DNA of 64,000 nucleotides from NCBI GenBank assembly GCA_963805645.1, contig CAWDVA010000002.1, positions 48,923-112,922 of the forward strand, given 5' to 3'. Source of the DNA: an uncultured Chloroflexia bacterium (lineage in GTDB: Bacteria > Chloroflexota > Limnocylindria > QHBO01). The notes below the pieces were generated by a model. That model was not told the DNA's origin. It saw only the letters and a program-made list of their open reading frames with translations, and searched no databases. The translations under genes were made by a program, and so were the position numbers. Positions 1-9,133 of the stretch are shown here, piece by piece; the first letter of the stretch is position 1, and each line of letters begins with the position of its first letter.

Positions 1-439
1 CCATCCGGATCCAGGCATCCATGGTGTCGTCGAAGGCGTCGGGGACCAGGGCGTAGTGCGCGTAGATGCCGCGGCGGACGAACGGGTCCGACCAGGCGGC
101 GTACAGGTCGCGGGTCAGCTCGGGATCGGCTGAGGCGGCCAGCGCCTGGCCCGCCAGGCCCACCCAGGCGGAGCGGCCCCAGATCTCCTCCAGCCGCGGC
201 GATCCCGCCATGAAGCCCACGAGGTCATCTCGCTCGTCCAGGGCGGCGACCGCGAGCGCGCCGGCGGCGGCGAGCACAGCCTCGAGCGGGGGTCGCATGG
301 CGGCCGGGTCTGCGAACCGCGGCGAGAGGGCGGGCAGGGCGGCGCGCCATCGGGCGTGACGGGCGGCGAGGAGACTGGCCGCCGCCGCGACGTGCTGGGT
401 CTCGAACGGCACGATGCGATGCCGCGGCACCTGGCTCAT
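1..439 (-). CDS. Probable GNAT-family acetyltransferase, N-terminal part (runs off window)
   Basis: Manual translation MSQVPRHRIVPFETQHVAAAASLLAARH...DDLVGFMAG...RDLYAAWSDPFVRRG; open to window edge; TATAGT 9 nt upstream of ATG. Confidence 0.55.
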   Translation of the reverse strand, partial: MSQVPRHRIVPFETQHVAAAASLLAARHARWRAALPALSPRFADPAAMRPPLEAVLAAAGALAVAALDERDDLVGFMAGSPRLEEIWGRSAWVGLAGQALAASADPELTRDLYAAWSDPFVRRGIYAHYALVPDAFDDTMDAWIRM

Positions 440-449
440 GGAGAGCGGA

Positions 450-1166
450 CTATAGCTGCCCGCCTCGACCGGTGCCCTCGCCGTGCGCCATCCCCAGCCG
501 CTCCAGCAGCCGCTCGCCGGCCGCCCAGGCGAACGGCTCGTCGCGCTGGAGACGCCGCGACTCCTCGGCCAGGATGGTCGCGTGGCGTGGATGCTCCCTG
601 GCCAGGATCGGGTGGTGCCGGAAGCGCAGCGTCTCGTAGCAGACGAAGGCGGCGTATCGGTCCAGGGGCTTCGCACGGGAGAGCGCCTCTTCGACGCCCG
701 GCTCGAAGTCGATGGGGACCATGATCCGCCCGAAGAACGCCCCGAGGTCCGTGGCGATGGGGTCCTCGAACTGGCTGTGCCCGCCAAGGCTGAGAATCGG
801 CCCCAGGGAGGTGAAGACCACCAGGGTGGTGTCCGGCCCGCCCTCGTCGGCGACGACCGTCCCACCCAGGCTCACGTAGTCGTTCTGGATCCCCAGCCGG
901 TCGAAGAGCTCCACCTTCCCCCAGCTGAAGCGGCCTTCGACCGGGAGCTTCGTCCGCCGGGTGATGTCCACGGCGTGGCCGCGGTTCTCCTCGCCGGTGG
1001 TCCAGTACCGGATCCGCTCGGGGTCGTAGTGCCGCAGGGTCGGCTTGTCCCGGATCGCGACCATCAGCCGCGAGGGTCCGGCGGGCACCGGGTAGTGGGA
1101 GTCCAGCCAGAACCCGAGGTCCGCCAGGCGGTGCGCCGCGTCCGACAGGTTCAATGTCATGGTCAT
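450..1166 (-). CDS. Hypothetical protein (~238 aa)
   Basis: Globular-looking ORF MTMTLNLSDAAHRLADLGFW... with GC3-rich codons; no family recognised; start uncertain. Confidence 0.7.
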   Translation of the reverse strand: MTMTLNLSDAAHRLADLGFWLDSHYPVPAGPSRLMVAIRDKPTLRHYDPERIRYWTTGEENRGHAVDITRRTKLPVEGRFSWGKVELFDRLGIQNDYVSLGGTVVADEGGPDTTLVVFTSLGPILSLGGHSQFEDPIATDLGAFFGRIMVPIDFEPGVEEALSRAKPLDRYAAFVCYETLRFRHHPILAREHPRHATILAEESRRLQRDEPFAWAAGERLLERLGMAHGEGTGRGGQL

Positions 1167-1242
1167 GCACGCATCGTCATCCGACGGTTGCCGGAGGACA
1201 AGGTCCGCTCGGCACTCGCTGGCGGGACTCCCGGCTCGGGCC

Positions 1243-1665
1243 TCAGCGCACCCCGACCGCGCCGTCCTCGCCCACGGTGACCGTCGAGCCCGGCGTGATC
1301 CGGCGGCGGTCGGCATCGGGCAGGACCAGGACCGGCAGGCGCGTGCCGTACAGCTCGGCAGCCACGGCGGCGCCCAGGGCGAGGATGAGGTCCGGTTCGC
1401 CCAGGATCACCGCGGCCGGCGCGGTGCCGGCGCGGACCATCTCCGCCAGCACCGAGGCCGACGAGGAGGATCCGCGGGTGGCCGGGATGACCAGGACCGT
1501 GCCGGTGACCCGGGCGCCGTGCTGCGGGTGTCGCGGCTCCACGATGCGGCCGCTCCCGGGATCGACGCCGCCCCACAGGCTGAGCGGCTCGTCCAGGACC
1601 AGTGCTGGCGCCCTCGCGGCCCCCGGGGCGAGCACCCGCGCCGGCGACCGATCCGGGCGGCTCAT
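1243..1665 (-). CDS. Aconitase X swivel subunit (DUF126)
   Basis: EPLSLWGGVDP..G.I....HPQ.G and RGSSSSASVL motifs; ATGA overlap with upstream gene. Confidence 0.9.
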   Translation of the reverse strand: MSRPDRSPARVLAPGAARAPALVLDEPLSLWGGVDPGSGRIVEPRHPQHGARVTGTVLVIPATRGSSSSASVLAEMVRAGTAPAAVILGEPDLILALGAAVAAELYGTRLPVLVLPDADRRRITPGSTVTVGEDGAVGVR

Positions 1666-2939
1666 CCCGCGTCCCACGCCGAGGGGAGCCGCACCACGCG
1701 CCCGGCAACCGCGGAGGCCACGCACTCGGCCGTGCTCCCGAAGACCACCGACGCGCCGATGTTGCCCGGGGCGTAGTAGGCCCACTTCCCGGAGTCGCTC
1801 ATCACCGCCCCGTCCCCGCCGCGAAGGACCGGCGCGACGTAGCTGCAGGTGTCCACCAGGAGCGTGACGCCGGCCGTACGCAGCCGGCCCGCGATGCCCA
1901 CCGCCTCCGCTGCCTCCATGATGTCGCGAGCGGTGGAGACCATGAGCTCGACCCCCGTGGCGACCCGCGCGCCGTCGAGCAGATCCAGGAGTCGCGTCAG
2001 CTCGGTGAGCGAGGCGTGCGGGGTGCCGAGCGCCACGGCGCGCAGCCTCTGCCGGTCCCCGGCGGTGCTCAGCGCGGCACGGACCTCGCGGAGCTCCGCC
2101 AGCCCGATCTCCTCGGTGGCTTCGGGCTCCCCGCCGCCCAGCGCGGCTTCCAGGGTGGGCGCCTCGGGAGTGGAGCCGACGGCGTGGAACATCGCGACCG
2201 CCCCTGACGAGGCGGCCGCCGCACCGATGGCCTTCAGACGGTCCTCCGAGAGGTTCGGCGGCAGCCCGTCGAGGGCCGCCACCCGGGATCCGGCCCGCCG
2301 CCCGAGCACCAGGCCCAGGACCGGGTACAGGGCGTCGTCGTCGAGCAGCGCGGCGGGGAGATCGGCGGCGAGGCGCAGGACCAGGCGCGCCCGGCGCGCA
2401 TCGGTCCGGTGCAGACCGGCATCGGGCACGCGACCGGCGATGGCGCAGGCGACATCGATGAAGTCGCCGTAGCGGTTCGTCCGTGCGCCCAGCACCGAGT
2501 TGGCGAAGACGATGGCGTTCGACTCCGCCCAGGCGACCTGCTCGCCCAGCGCCGGGCGGGCGTCAGGGAGCTGGTAGGGGGCACAGGTGTACGTCGCCCG
2601 GCAGCCCAGCGCCCGGTAGCGCTCCATCAGCAGCCGGCCGCGCTCGGCGGTCCGTGGGTCCCCGCGCCACAGATCGGGGTGGAGCAGGTCCAGCGCCCCC
2701 ACGTTCAGCGTGGTCGGGACCGCCACGTGCGCTCCACCGGCGACGAGGCGCTCGACGAAGTCGACCGACGCCTCACCGTGGTACAGGCAGGAGTCGACGT
2801 GCGCACGAGTGATCGGGATCAGCCGCTGCGCGTCGAGGAGCTCCGCGGCACGGACCACGAGCCGCATCGCCAGGGCGGCACCGTCGCCGTGCTGACCGGC
2901 GAGCATGGCGCGCTCGACCGGGGTGAGGGCCAGCGTCAG
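1662..2939 (-). CDS. Aconitase X catalytic subunit (DUF521)
   Basis: AHVDSCLYHG, TCAPY, AWAESNA, NSVLGARTN, LGTPH, DTC, SGKWAYY motifs; probable CTG start. Confidence 0.9.
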   Translation of the reverse strand: MTLALTPVERAMLAGQHGDGAALAMRLVVRAAELLDAQRLIPITRAHVDSCLYHGEASVDFVERLVAGGAHVAVPTTLNVGALDLLHPDLWRGDPRTAERGRLLMERYRALGCRATYTCAPYQLPDARPALGEQVAWAESNAIVFANSVLGARTNRYGDFIDVACAIAGRVPDAGLHRTDARRARLVLRLAADLPAALLDDDALYPVLGLVLGRRAGSRVAALDGLPPNLSEDRLKAIGAAAASSGAVAMFHAVGSTPEAPTLEAALGGGEPEATEEIGLAELREVRAALSTAGDRQRLRAVALGTPHASLTELTRLLDLLDGARVATGVELMVSTARDIMEAAEAVGIAGRLRTAGVTLLVDTCSYVAPVLRGGDGAVMSDSGKWAYYAPGNIGASVVFGSTAECVASAVAGRVVRLPSAWDAG

Positions 2940-3388
2940 CCGCGCGCCTCCTCCGCTTCGATGCGCGTGATCTTCTCGACGCGCGGCACGTGCCGTCCAC
3001 CCTGGAACTCGCCCGCCAGGAACTCCCGGACGCACGCGCGCGCGATCTCCACGCCGGTCACCCGGGCGCCAAGGGAGAGGACATTGGCGTCGTTGTGCTC
3101 GCGTCCCAGGCGAGCGACGACCGGGTCGGCCGCCTCCACGCAGCGGATCCCGCGGATCTTGTTGGCGACGATGGCCTCGCCGGTCCCGCTGCCGCCCAGG
3201 ACGATCCCCCGCTCGTAGTCACCACGGGCAACGGCCCGCGCGACCGGGGCGATGAAGTCCGGGTAGTCGACCGGGTCCGCCGAGTAGGTGCCGAAGTCGC
3301 GGTACTCGACGCGCAGCTCGTCGAGGAGCGTGCAGAGGATGCCCTTGAGCTCGAAGCCCGCGTGATCCGAACCGATGGCGACGCGCAT
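2936..3388 (-). CDS. rpiB: Ribose-5-phosphate isomerase B
   Basis: GSDHAG, VDYPD, GSGTGE, ANKI.GIR, REHNDANVL, GGRH. Confidence 0.95.
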   Translation of the reverse strand: MRVAIGSDHAGFELKGILCTLLDELRVEYRDFGTYSADPVDYPDFIAPVARAVARGDYERGIVLGGSGTGEAIVANKIRGIRCVEAADPVVARLGREHNDANVLSLGARVTGVEIARACVREFLAGEFQGGRHVPRVEKITRIEAEEARG

Positions 3389-3393
3389 GGCGC

Positions 3394-3999
3394 TCAGTCT
3401 ACGAGCCCCACGACCGCGGCGAGGTCGTCGCGCGTGACGGGACCCTCGCGCAGGACCCGCGGTCGCTCCTGCGTGGTGTCCAGGACGGTCGACGCCACGC
3501 CCCCCGGCACGCGCCGGCCGTCCACGACGGCCGCCAGCAGCTCGGTGTCGGCGAAGGCGATCAGGACGTCATCGGCCTCGTATGTCTCCGGCTCGCCGGA
3601 GCGATTCGCGCTGGTGGCGACCAGCGGCCCGCTGCGCGCGATGAGATCAAGGGCAACGGGGTGGTCCGGAGCCCGGAACGCCTGGGTTGCGCCGGTCGCT
3701 GCCGAGGGCAGGATGAGCGTCAGCGCTCCCGGCCAGAAGGCCGCCGCCAGGGCTTCGACCCGGGCGTCGGCGACGAACCCCAGCTCCCTCGCCTGCGCCA
3801 GGGTGGCGAGCAGGATCGGGATGCGCTTGTCGGTCGGCCTCCGCTTCGCCTCGAAGAGGCGTTCGAGCGCATCAGGGTCGCCCACCCGGCAGCCGATGCC
3901 GTACACGGTGTCGGTGGGGAATGCGACGAGGGCGCCCGCCCGGAGCAGGCCGGCCGCCGCGGCCAGCCCGTCCGCGCCCGACGGAAGTCGCTCGGTCAT
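3394..3999 (-). CDS. tsaC: L-threonylcarbamoyladenylate synthase (Sua5/YrdC)
   Basis: AFPTDTVYG, K.R, FWPGALT, TSANRSG. Confidence 0.93.
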   Translation of the reverse strand: MTERLPSGADGLAAAAGLLRAGALVAFPTDTVYGIGCRVGDPDALERLFEAKRRPTDKRIPILLATLAQARELGFVADARVEALAAAFWPGALTLILPSAATGATQAFRAPDHPVALDLIARSGPLVATSANRSGEPETYEADDVLIAFADTELLAAVVDGRRVPGGVASTVLDTTQERPRVLREGPVTRDDLAAVVGLVD

Positions 4000-4028
4000 G
4001 CGACCAATCCTGCGCCTTCGGGCGCCGT

Positions 4029-4970
4029 TCAGTCGAGCCGCTCGATGCGGACCACGCGGTCGATCCCGGCCAGGTCGGGTGCCAGGGTCACCGCGACGGG
4101 GATCGGAAGGGATGCCGCCTCGTCCCGCACCGCGTCCCCCTGGCCCGCGCCGATCTCCAGGAGGGCAACCCCGCCCCGCGCCAGCCGGGAGGGCAGCTGG
4201 GCCACCAGGCGCCGGACCAGGTCGAGGCCGTCCGCTCCGCCGTCGAGCGCCTGCCGCGGCTCGAACGCGATGCTCCCCGGCGCCGCGGCGACCTCGGCGG
4301 CGGTCAGGTAGGGCAGGTTGGCGGTCACCAGGTCGGGAAGCGGGAGCTGGCGCGGATCACCGCCGGGAGGACCGGCCCCCTCCAGGAGATCGCCCAGGGC
4401 GAGGGTCACCAGCCCGCCCACGCCGTGCGCCGCGAGGTTCTCCGCGGCGAGCTCCAGCGCATCCGGCGCCACATCGCTCGCGACGAGGCGGATCCGTCGC
4501 AGGGCGAGGGCGGCGCGGAATCGCAGCGCGAGCGCCAGCGCCACCGCGCCGCTGCCGGTCGCCACGTCCCAGGCGACGATCCGGCGCGTGTCGGCGGCCA
4601 GCCGCGCGGCGATCTCGGCGATGGCGGTCTCCGCGAGCTGCTCGGTCTCCGGGCGCGGGATGAGGGCTCGCGGGTCCACCGACATGCGCAGGCCGAACCA
4701 GTCCTTGAAGCCGCGGATGTACGCGACAGGCTCGCCCGCGCACCTGCGCACGACCCAGGCGTCGAGCTCCGCGGCGCGCGTCTCGTCCAGCGACTCCTCC
4801 GGGTGGGCGAGCAGCCAGGTTCGGTCGCGTCCGAAGGCGTGGCTCACCAGGAGCTCGGCGTCGAGCCGCGGCGTCTCGGTGGGCGAGGCGGCGAGGCGCG
4901 CCGTGGCGCGCGCCAGCAGGGACGAGGCGGCCAGGTCCGCGGCGGGCGCGGAACGGCCTGCAGCCGCCAT
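4029..4970 (-). CDS. prmC: Release factor glutamine methyltransferase
   Basis: GEPVAYI, LIPRPETE, DVATGSG, ANLPY; adjacent to prfA. Confidence 0.95.
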   Translation of the reverse strand: MAAAGRSAPAADLAASSLLARATARLAASPTETPRLDAELLVSHAFGRDRTWLLAHPEESLDETRAAELDAWVVRRCAGEPVAYIRGFKDWFGLRMSVDPRALIPRPETEQLAETAIAEIAARLAADTRRIVAWDVATGSGAVALALALRFRAALALRRIRLVASDVAPDALELAAENLAAHGVGGLVTLALGDLLEGAGPPGGDPRQLPLPDLVTANLPYLTAAEVAAAPGSIAFEPRQALDGGADGLDLVRRLVAQLPSRLARGGVALLEIGAGQGDAVRDEAASLPIPVAVTLAPDLAGIDRVVRIERLD

Positions 4971-4974
4971 CGGT

Positions 4975-6054
4975 CTAGGCCCCGTCGCCGGCGCCCACCT
5001 GCGCCAGGCGCTCTGCCTGGTCGTGCTCGATGAGCGGCTCGACGAGCCGGTCCAGGTCTCCCTCCAGCAGCCCCGGCAGGTTGTGGACGGTGAGCCCGAT
5101 GCGGTGGTCTGTCACCCGGTCGTCGGGGAAGTTGTAGGTGCGAATCTTCTCCGCGCGCTCCCCGCTCCCGACCTGCGAGCGGCGCTGCTCGCCACGCTCG
5201 TCGGCCTGCCGCTGGCGCTCGCTCTCCAGCAGGCGGGCCCGCAGGATGGCGAGCGCCTTCGCCTTGTTCTTGTGCTGGCTCTTCTCGTCCTGGATGTCCA
5301 CCACGAGCCCGGTGGGCAGGTGGGTGATGCGCACCGCGGAGTCGGTGGTGTTCACGCTCTGGCCACCCGGACCGGACGAGCGCTTGACCTCGATGCGCAG
5401 GTCCCTGTCCGGCAGGTCCACCTCGACCTCCTCCGCCTCGGGCAGCACGGCCACCGTCGCCGTGGAGGTGTGGATCCGGCCGGACGACTCCGTCACCGGG
5501 ACTCGCTGGACGCGGTGGACGCCGCTCTCGTACTTCAGCCGGGAGTAGGCGCCCGCCCCGGTCAGCTCGGCGATCGCCTCCTTGAGCCCGCCCGAGTCCG
5601 ACTCGCTCGACGCCAGGAGCTCCACCTTCCAGCGCCGCCGCTCAGCGTACCGGGCGTACATCCGGAAGAGATCGGCGGCGAAGAGCGAGGCCTCCTCCCC
5701 GCCGGTCCCCGCGCGGACCTCCAGGATCACGTTCCGGTCGTCGTTCGGGTCGCGCGGCACGAGCAGGCGTCGCAGCTCTGCGGAGAGCTCGTCCTGCCGT
5801 GCTTCCAGCCGACCGATCTCGTCGCGGGCCATCTCGCGGACCTCCTCGTCGGGGTCATGGAGCATGCCGCGCGTCGCCTCCAGCGCCGCCGTCAGCTCCC
5901 GGTACGCGCGCGTGGCCGCCACCACCGGCTCCAGGCGGGAGAGCTCGCGCCCCAGGTTGGCCAGGGCGCCTGGGTCGGACGCCACTCCCGGTGTCGCCAT
6001 CTGCCGGGCCAGCTCCTCGTAGCGCGCCTCCAGCTCGGCGAGCCGGTCGATCAT
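4975..6054 (-). CDS. prfA: Peptide chain release factor 1
   Basis: MIDRLAEL..., [12 protein letters not shown] motif, GGQ, RTYNF. Confidence 0.97.
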   Translation of the reverse strand: MIDRLAELEARYEELARQMATPGVASDPGALANLGRELSRLEPVVAATRAYRELTAALEATRGMLHDPDEEVREMARDEIGRLEARQDELSAELRRLLVPRDPNDDRNVILEVRAGTGGEEASLFAADLFRMYARYAERRRWKVELLASSESDSGGLKEAIAELTGAGAYSRLKYESGVHRVQRVPVTESSGRIHTSTATVAVLPEAEEVEVDLPDRDLRIEVKRSSGPGGQSVNTTDSAVRITHLPTGLVVDIQDEKSQHKNKAKALAILRARLLESERQRQADERGEQRRSQVGSGERAEKIRTYNFPDDRVTDHRIGLTVHNLPGLLEGDLDRLVEPLIEHDQAERLAQVGAGDGA

Positions 6055-6965
6055 GCCGGGTCGGCCCCCGCGCCGTCCGGGCCAAGGTCCGCTCCCGCGC
6101 CGTCCGCGGCGAGGCAGCTGCTCAGCGAGGCGATGCTCACCTCCAGCATCGAGTGGTCCGGCGGACGGGTGGTGAGCGACTGGAGCCACAGGCCGGGCGC
6201 ATAGATCGCGCGGACGACCGGGTTGCCGTAGTGGCTGGCCCCGAACCGCACGAGCTCGTAGGCCACGGCCGCGATCACGGGCACCAGCGCGATCCGGGAC
6301 AGGAACAGGAGCGGCAGCGGGACTCCGGTCCTCGGGATGAGGCTGAAGAACAGGATGCTGATCACCACCACGATGAGGATGAAGGTGGTCCCGCAGCGGG
6401 TGTGTGCGGTGCTGAAGCGGTCGACCTCGACCGGCGTGAGCGGACGCCGGGCCTCGTGGGCATGGATCGCCTTGTGCTCCGCGCCGTGGTAGGCGAAGAC
6501 GCGGCGGATGTCCGACATCATCCCGATGAGGCCGATGTAGGCGACGAAGATCACCAGCCGGATGGCCCCCTCCGCCAGGTTCGCGCCGATGTCGCCGCCC
6601 GCGGTGTGCACGAAGCCGGAGAGCACGAGCGGCAGCACGAAGAAGATGCCCACGGCGAAGCCGAGCGAGACGACCATGCTGCCGATGAGGGTCCCGCGGC
6701 CGATCTGGATGTCCTCGCCCTCGGCCGCGATGGCCGCCGAGCGCATGAGCATCCGCGTTCCGAGCACCAGCGTCTCGTACAGGACGAAGACGCCGCGCAC
6801 GAACGGGGTCCTGATCCATCGGCCCCTCGACAGGGCGGCGGGGAGCGGCTCGGCGTAGGTGACGATCTCGCCGGACGGCGGACGGACGCTCATGGCGACG
6901 GTGGTGCGGCCACGCATCATCACGCCCTCGATGAGCGCCTGGCCGCCGTAGAAGAAGTCCGGCAT
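6051..6965 (-). CDS. DUF1385 membrane protein (possible in-frame extension to 7100)
   Basis: [25 protein letters not shown]; usual neighbour of rpmE/prfA. Confidence 0.9.
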   Translation of the reverse strand: MPDFFYGGQALIEGVMMRGRTTVAMSVRPPSGEIVTYAEPLPAALSRGRWIRTPFVRGVFVLYETLVLGTRMLMRSAAIAAEGEDIQIGRGTLIGSMVVSLGFAVGIFFVLPLVLSGFVHTAGGDIGANLAEGAIRLVIFVAYIGLIGMMSDIRRVFAYHGAEHKAIHAHEARRPLTPVEVDRFSTAHTRCGTTFILIVVVISILFFSLIPRTGVPLPLLFLSRIALVPVIAAVAYELVRFGASHYGNPVVRAIYAPGLWLQSLTTRPPDHSMLEVSIASLSSCLAADGAGADLGPDGAGADPA

Positions 6966-7105
6966 GCGGAAGCGCACGCGGTCGCCCGCGTGCGCAACGG
7001 TCTCGATGACGAAGGGCCCGGCCGCCATGAGCAGCTCGGGGAGGAGGAAGACGAGGTGGGGCGCCAGGCGCGCCGGCCACCCCCGCAGGCGCCGGCGCAT
7101 GCCGC

Positions 7106-7312
7106 TCAGCGCAGCGAGCGCTCCATGCGCCGCTGGAACCGCTCCACCTGGCCGGCGGTATCCACGATGTTCTGGGTGCCGGTGTAGAACGGATGACACT
7201 TGGAGCAGACCTCGACGCGGATCGACTCTGCGGTCGACCCCACGGTGAAGGTGTTGCCGCAGACGCAGTGAACCTGCGCCTGATGGTACGCGGGATGGAT
7301 GTCGGGCTTCAT
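7106..7312 (-). CDS. rpmE: 50S ribosomal protein L31 (Zn-binding type)
   Basis: MKPDIHP, Cx[12 protein letters not shown]. Confidence 0.97.
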   Translation of the reverse strand: MKPDIHPAYHQAQVHCVCGNTFTVGSTAESIRVEVCSKCHPFYTGTQNIVDTAGQVERFQRRMERSLR

Positions 7313-7331
7313 GGACTGACCTACCGGGGTG

Positions 7332-7592
7332 CTACGCGCCCGCAGCGCGAACGCTCACGCGCTTCTTGCTGCGGGTCTCGTGAGTGAACTTGACCGTGCC
7401 CTCCGCGGTGGCGAAGAGCGTGTAATCGCGGCCCATCCCGACGTTCTCGCCGGGGTTGAAGGTGCTGCCGCGCTGCCGCACGATGATGGTGCCGGCGTGG
7501 ACCGCCTGCCCGTCGCCGCGCTTCACGCCAAGCCGCTGGCCTGCGCTGTCGCGGCCGTTCTTGCTGGACGAGCCGGCCTTCTTGTGTGCCAT
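7332..7592 (-). CDS. rpmA: 50S ribosomal protein L27
   Basis: [16 protein letters not shown]. Confidence 0.98.
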   Translation of the reverse strand: MAHKKAGSSSKNGRDSAGQRLGVKRGDGQAVHAGTIIVRQRGSTFNPGENVGMGRDYTLFATAEGTVKFTHETRSKKRVSVRAAGA

Positions 7593-7595
7593 TCG

Positions 7596-8240
7596 CTATT
7601 CCTCCTTGGCCGGTTCGGCCTTGGGCTTCGCGCTCCGGCGAGCCCGCGGCTTGGGTGCGTCCTCCGCGGGAGCCGATGACGCCTTCGCGCCGGACGTGGC
7701 CCGCGCGCGGGTCCGAGGCTTCTTCTCGCTGGTCGCCGCGGCGGCCTCCGTGTCGGCCGGCTCTCCCGCCGTGGACGCGGCGCGCGCGCGCGACGGGCGG
7801 GCCGGCTTCTTGGCCGGCGCCTCTGCCGGTTCGGCAGCGGACGTCGCCTTCTTCGCGGCCGCCCTGGTCGCCGGCTTCGAGCGGCCCGCCTTCTTCGGCG
7901 TGGGCTCCTCGGCCGTGACGGTCTTGCCGTCCGCGCTGATGGCGTCGATATGCAGCCGCGTCAGGTGCTGCCGATGGCCGGTGCGCCTGCGGTACTTGAC
8001 CTTCTGCTTGAACTTGAAGACCACGATCTTGGGGCCGAGCTCCTCGCCGAGGACCGTGGCCTTGACCGAGGCACCTTCGACCGTGGGCGTCCCCACGGTC
8101 ACCGTCTCGCCGTCGCCAACGAGCAGGACGCGGTCGAACGTGACCGAGCTGCCGGGCTCGCCGGCGAGCTTCTCCACGACAAGCGTGGAGCCGGCCTCGA
8201 CACGGTATTGCTTCCCGCCGGTCGTCATGACGGCGTACAT
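7596..8240 (-). CDS. rplU: 50S ribosomal protein L21 with long Ala/Lys/Pro-rich tail
   Basis: MYAV..TGGKQY, GHRQ; ~110 aa low-complexity extension. Confidence 0.95.
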   Translation of the reverse strand: MYAVMTTGGKQYRVEAGSTLVVEKLAGEPGSSVTFDRVLLVGDGETVTVGTPTVEGASVKATVLGEELGPKIVVFKFKQKVKYRRRTGHRQHLTRLHIDAISADGKTVTAEEPTPKKAGRSKPATRAAAKKATSAAEPAEAPAKKPARPSRARAASTAGEPADTEAAAATSEKKPRTRARATSGAKASSAPAEDAPKPRARRSAKPKAEPAKEE

Positions 8241-8333
8241 GCTCAATCTCCGTTGGTTTCGATCGGGGGCGTCGAGCGAAGCGGCCCGACGCACAGCGAA
8301 GCGGGCCGACGAACAGCCCGCGGGGTGAGGAGT

Positions 8334-9050
8334 CTACCGGGCGATAGGGGGGGTGTCAACGAAGAGGAGCCGGGTCCGGACGGTGCGCTCGATGCGCAGC
8401 GGCACGTCCAGCGCGTGCACCACGTCCTCCGGACGACCGGCGCCCGTGGAGTCGTGGCGCAGGACGACCCGCAGGCGCGCCCGGTGCTCCTCGGGATCCA
8501 CCTCCATGACCTCGATATCCTCGATGTACGGACGCAGGTCACGCTGGCCCGCGTCGGATCGTCGCTGGGTCTCGCCCCGGCGGCGCATGCCGGGCAGCCG
8601 TTCTCGTGCGAGCAGGCGCACGACGGCGCCGCGCAGGTCCTCCTCGCTCATCTCGCCGCGGGAGCGCACCGCGACCTCGTACTCGGCCGCGCGCACCTGC
8701 GAGGCGGCCGACGGGTACCCGTGCCACACCTCGCGGGCATCGACGAGGGCCAGCCCTTCGGTGAGGAGCTCGGCCGCGGCACGGATCCGGTCGATGGGCA
8801 CCAGGTCGTCGAAGTAGGCCTCCAGGATCTCCCCCCGCAGCTCCACGGCCACGGGCAGGTTGGCGGCCAGCTGGAGCCGAGGCTTGGGCCGCTTGGCGTT
8901 GCTGTGAGAGAGCGGCAGGCCGGTCTCGCGGAAGACGCGCTCCCACTCCTCGATGACCTGCTGCTGGCGCATGCGCAGCAGGGGGGCGGTGCGGCTGAAG
9001 AGCAGCTGCCACCGCTGTCGCGGCGGCTGGTCGGGTCGTCTGGTGGTCAT
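8334..9050 (-). CDS. TIGR03936-like radical SAM-associated protein (DUF2344)
   Basis: WER.FR..GLPLS.S...PKPRL....LPV, RDLRPYI, GRPEDV; typical position between rodA and rplU. Confidence 0.8.
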   Translation of the reverse strand: MTTRRPDQPPRQRWQLLFSRTAPLLRMRQQQVIEEWERVFRETGLPLSHSNAKRPKPRLQLAANLPVAVELRGEILEAYFDDLVPIDRIRAAAELLTEGLALVDAREVWHGYPSAASQVRAAEYEVAVRSRGEMSEEDLRGAVVRLLARERLPGMRRRGETQRRSDAGQRDLRPYIEDIEVMEVDPEEHRARLRVVLRHDSTGAGRPEDVVHALDVPLRIERTVRTRLLFVDTPPIAR

Positions 9051-9133
9051 GCGAACGGTCATGGTACCCGCCGCCGGGAGGGGCGGCCAGCGCGCGGCCG
9101 GGGTCGTGCGCGTCCTTGGGTACCATGGAGGGC

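Noticed and set aside
6966-7105. Separate gene or RNA between rpmE and DUF1385
   Set aside because: Open in frame with DUF1385, so at most an N-terminal extension; no independent signals
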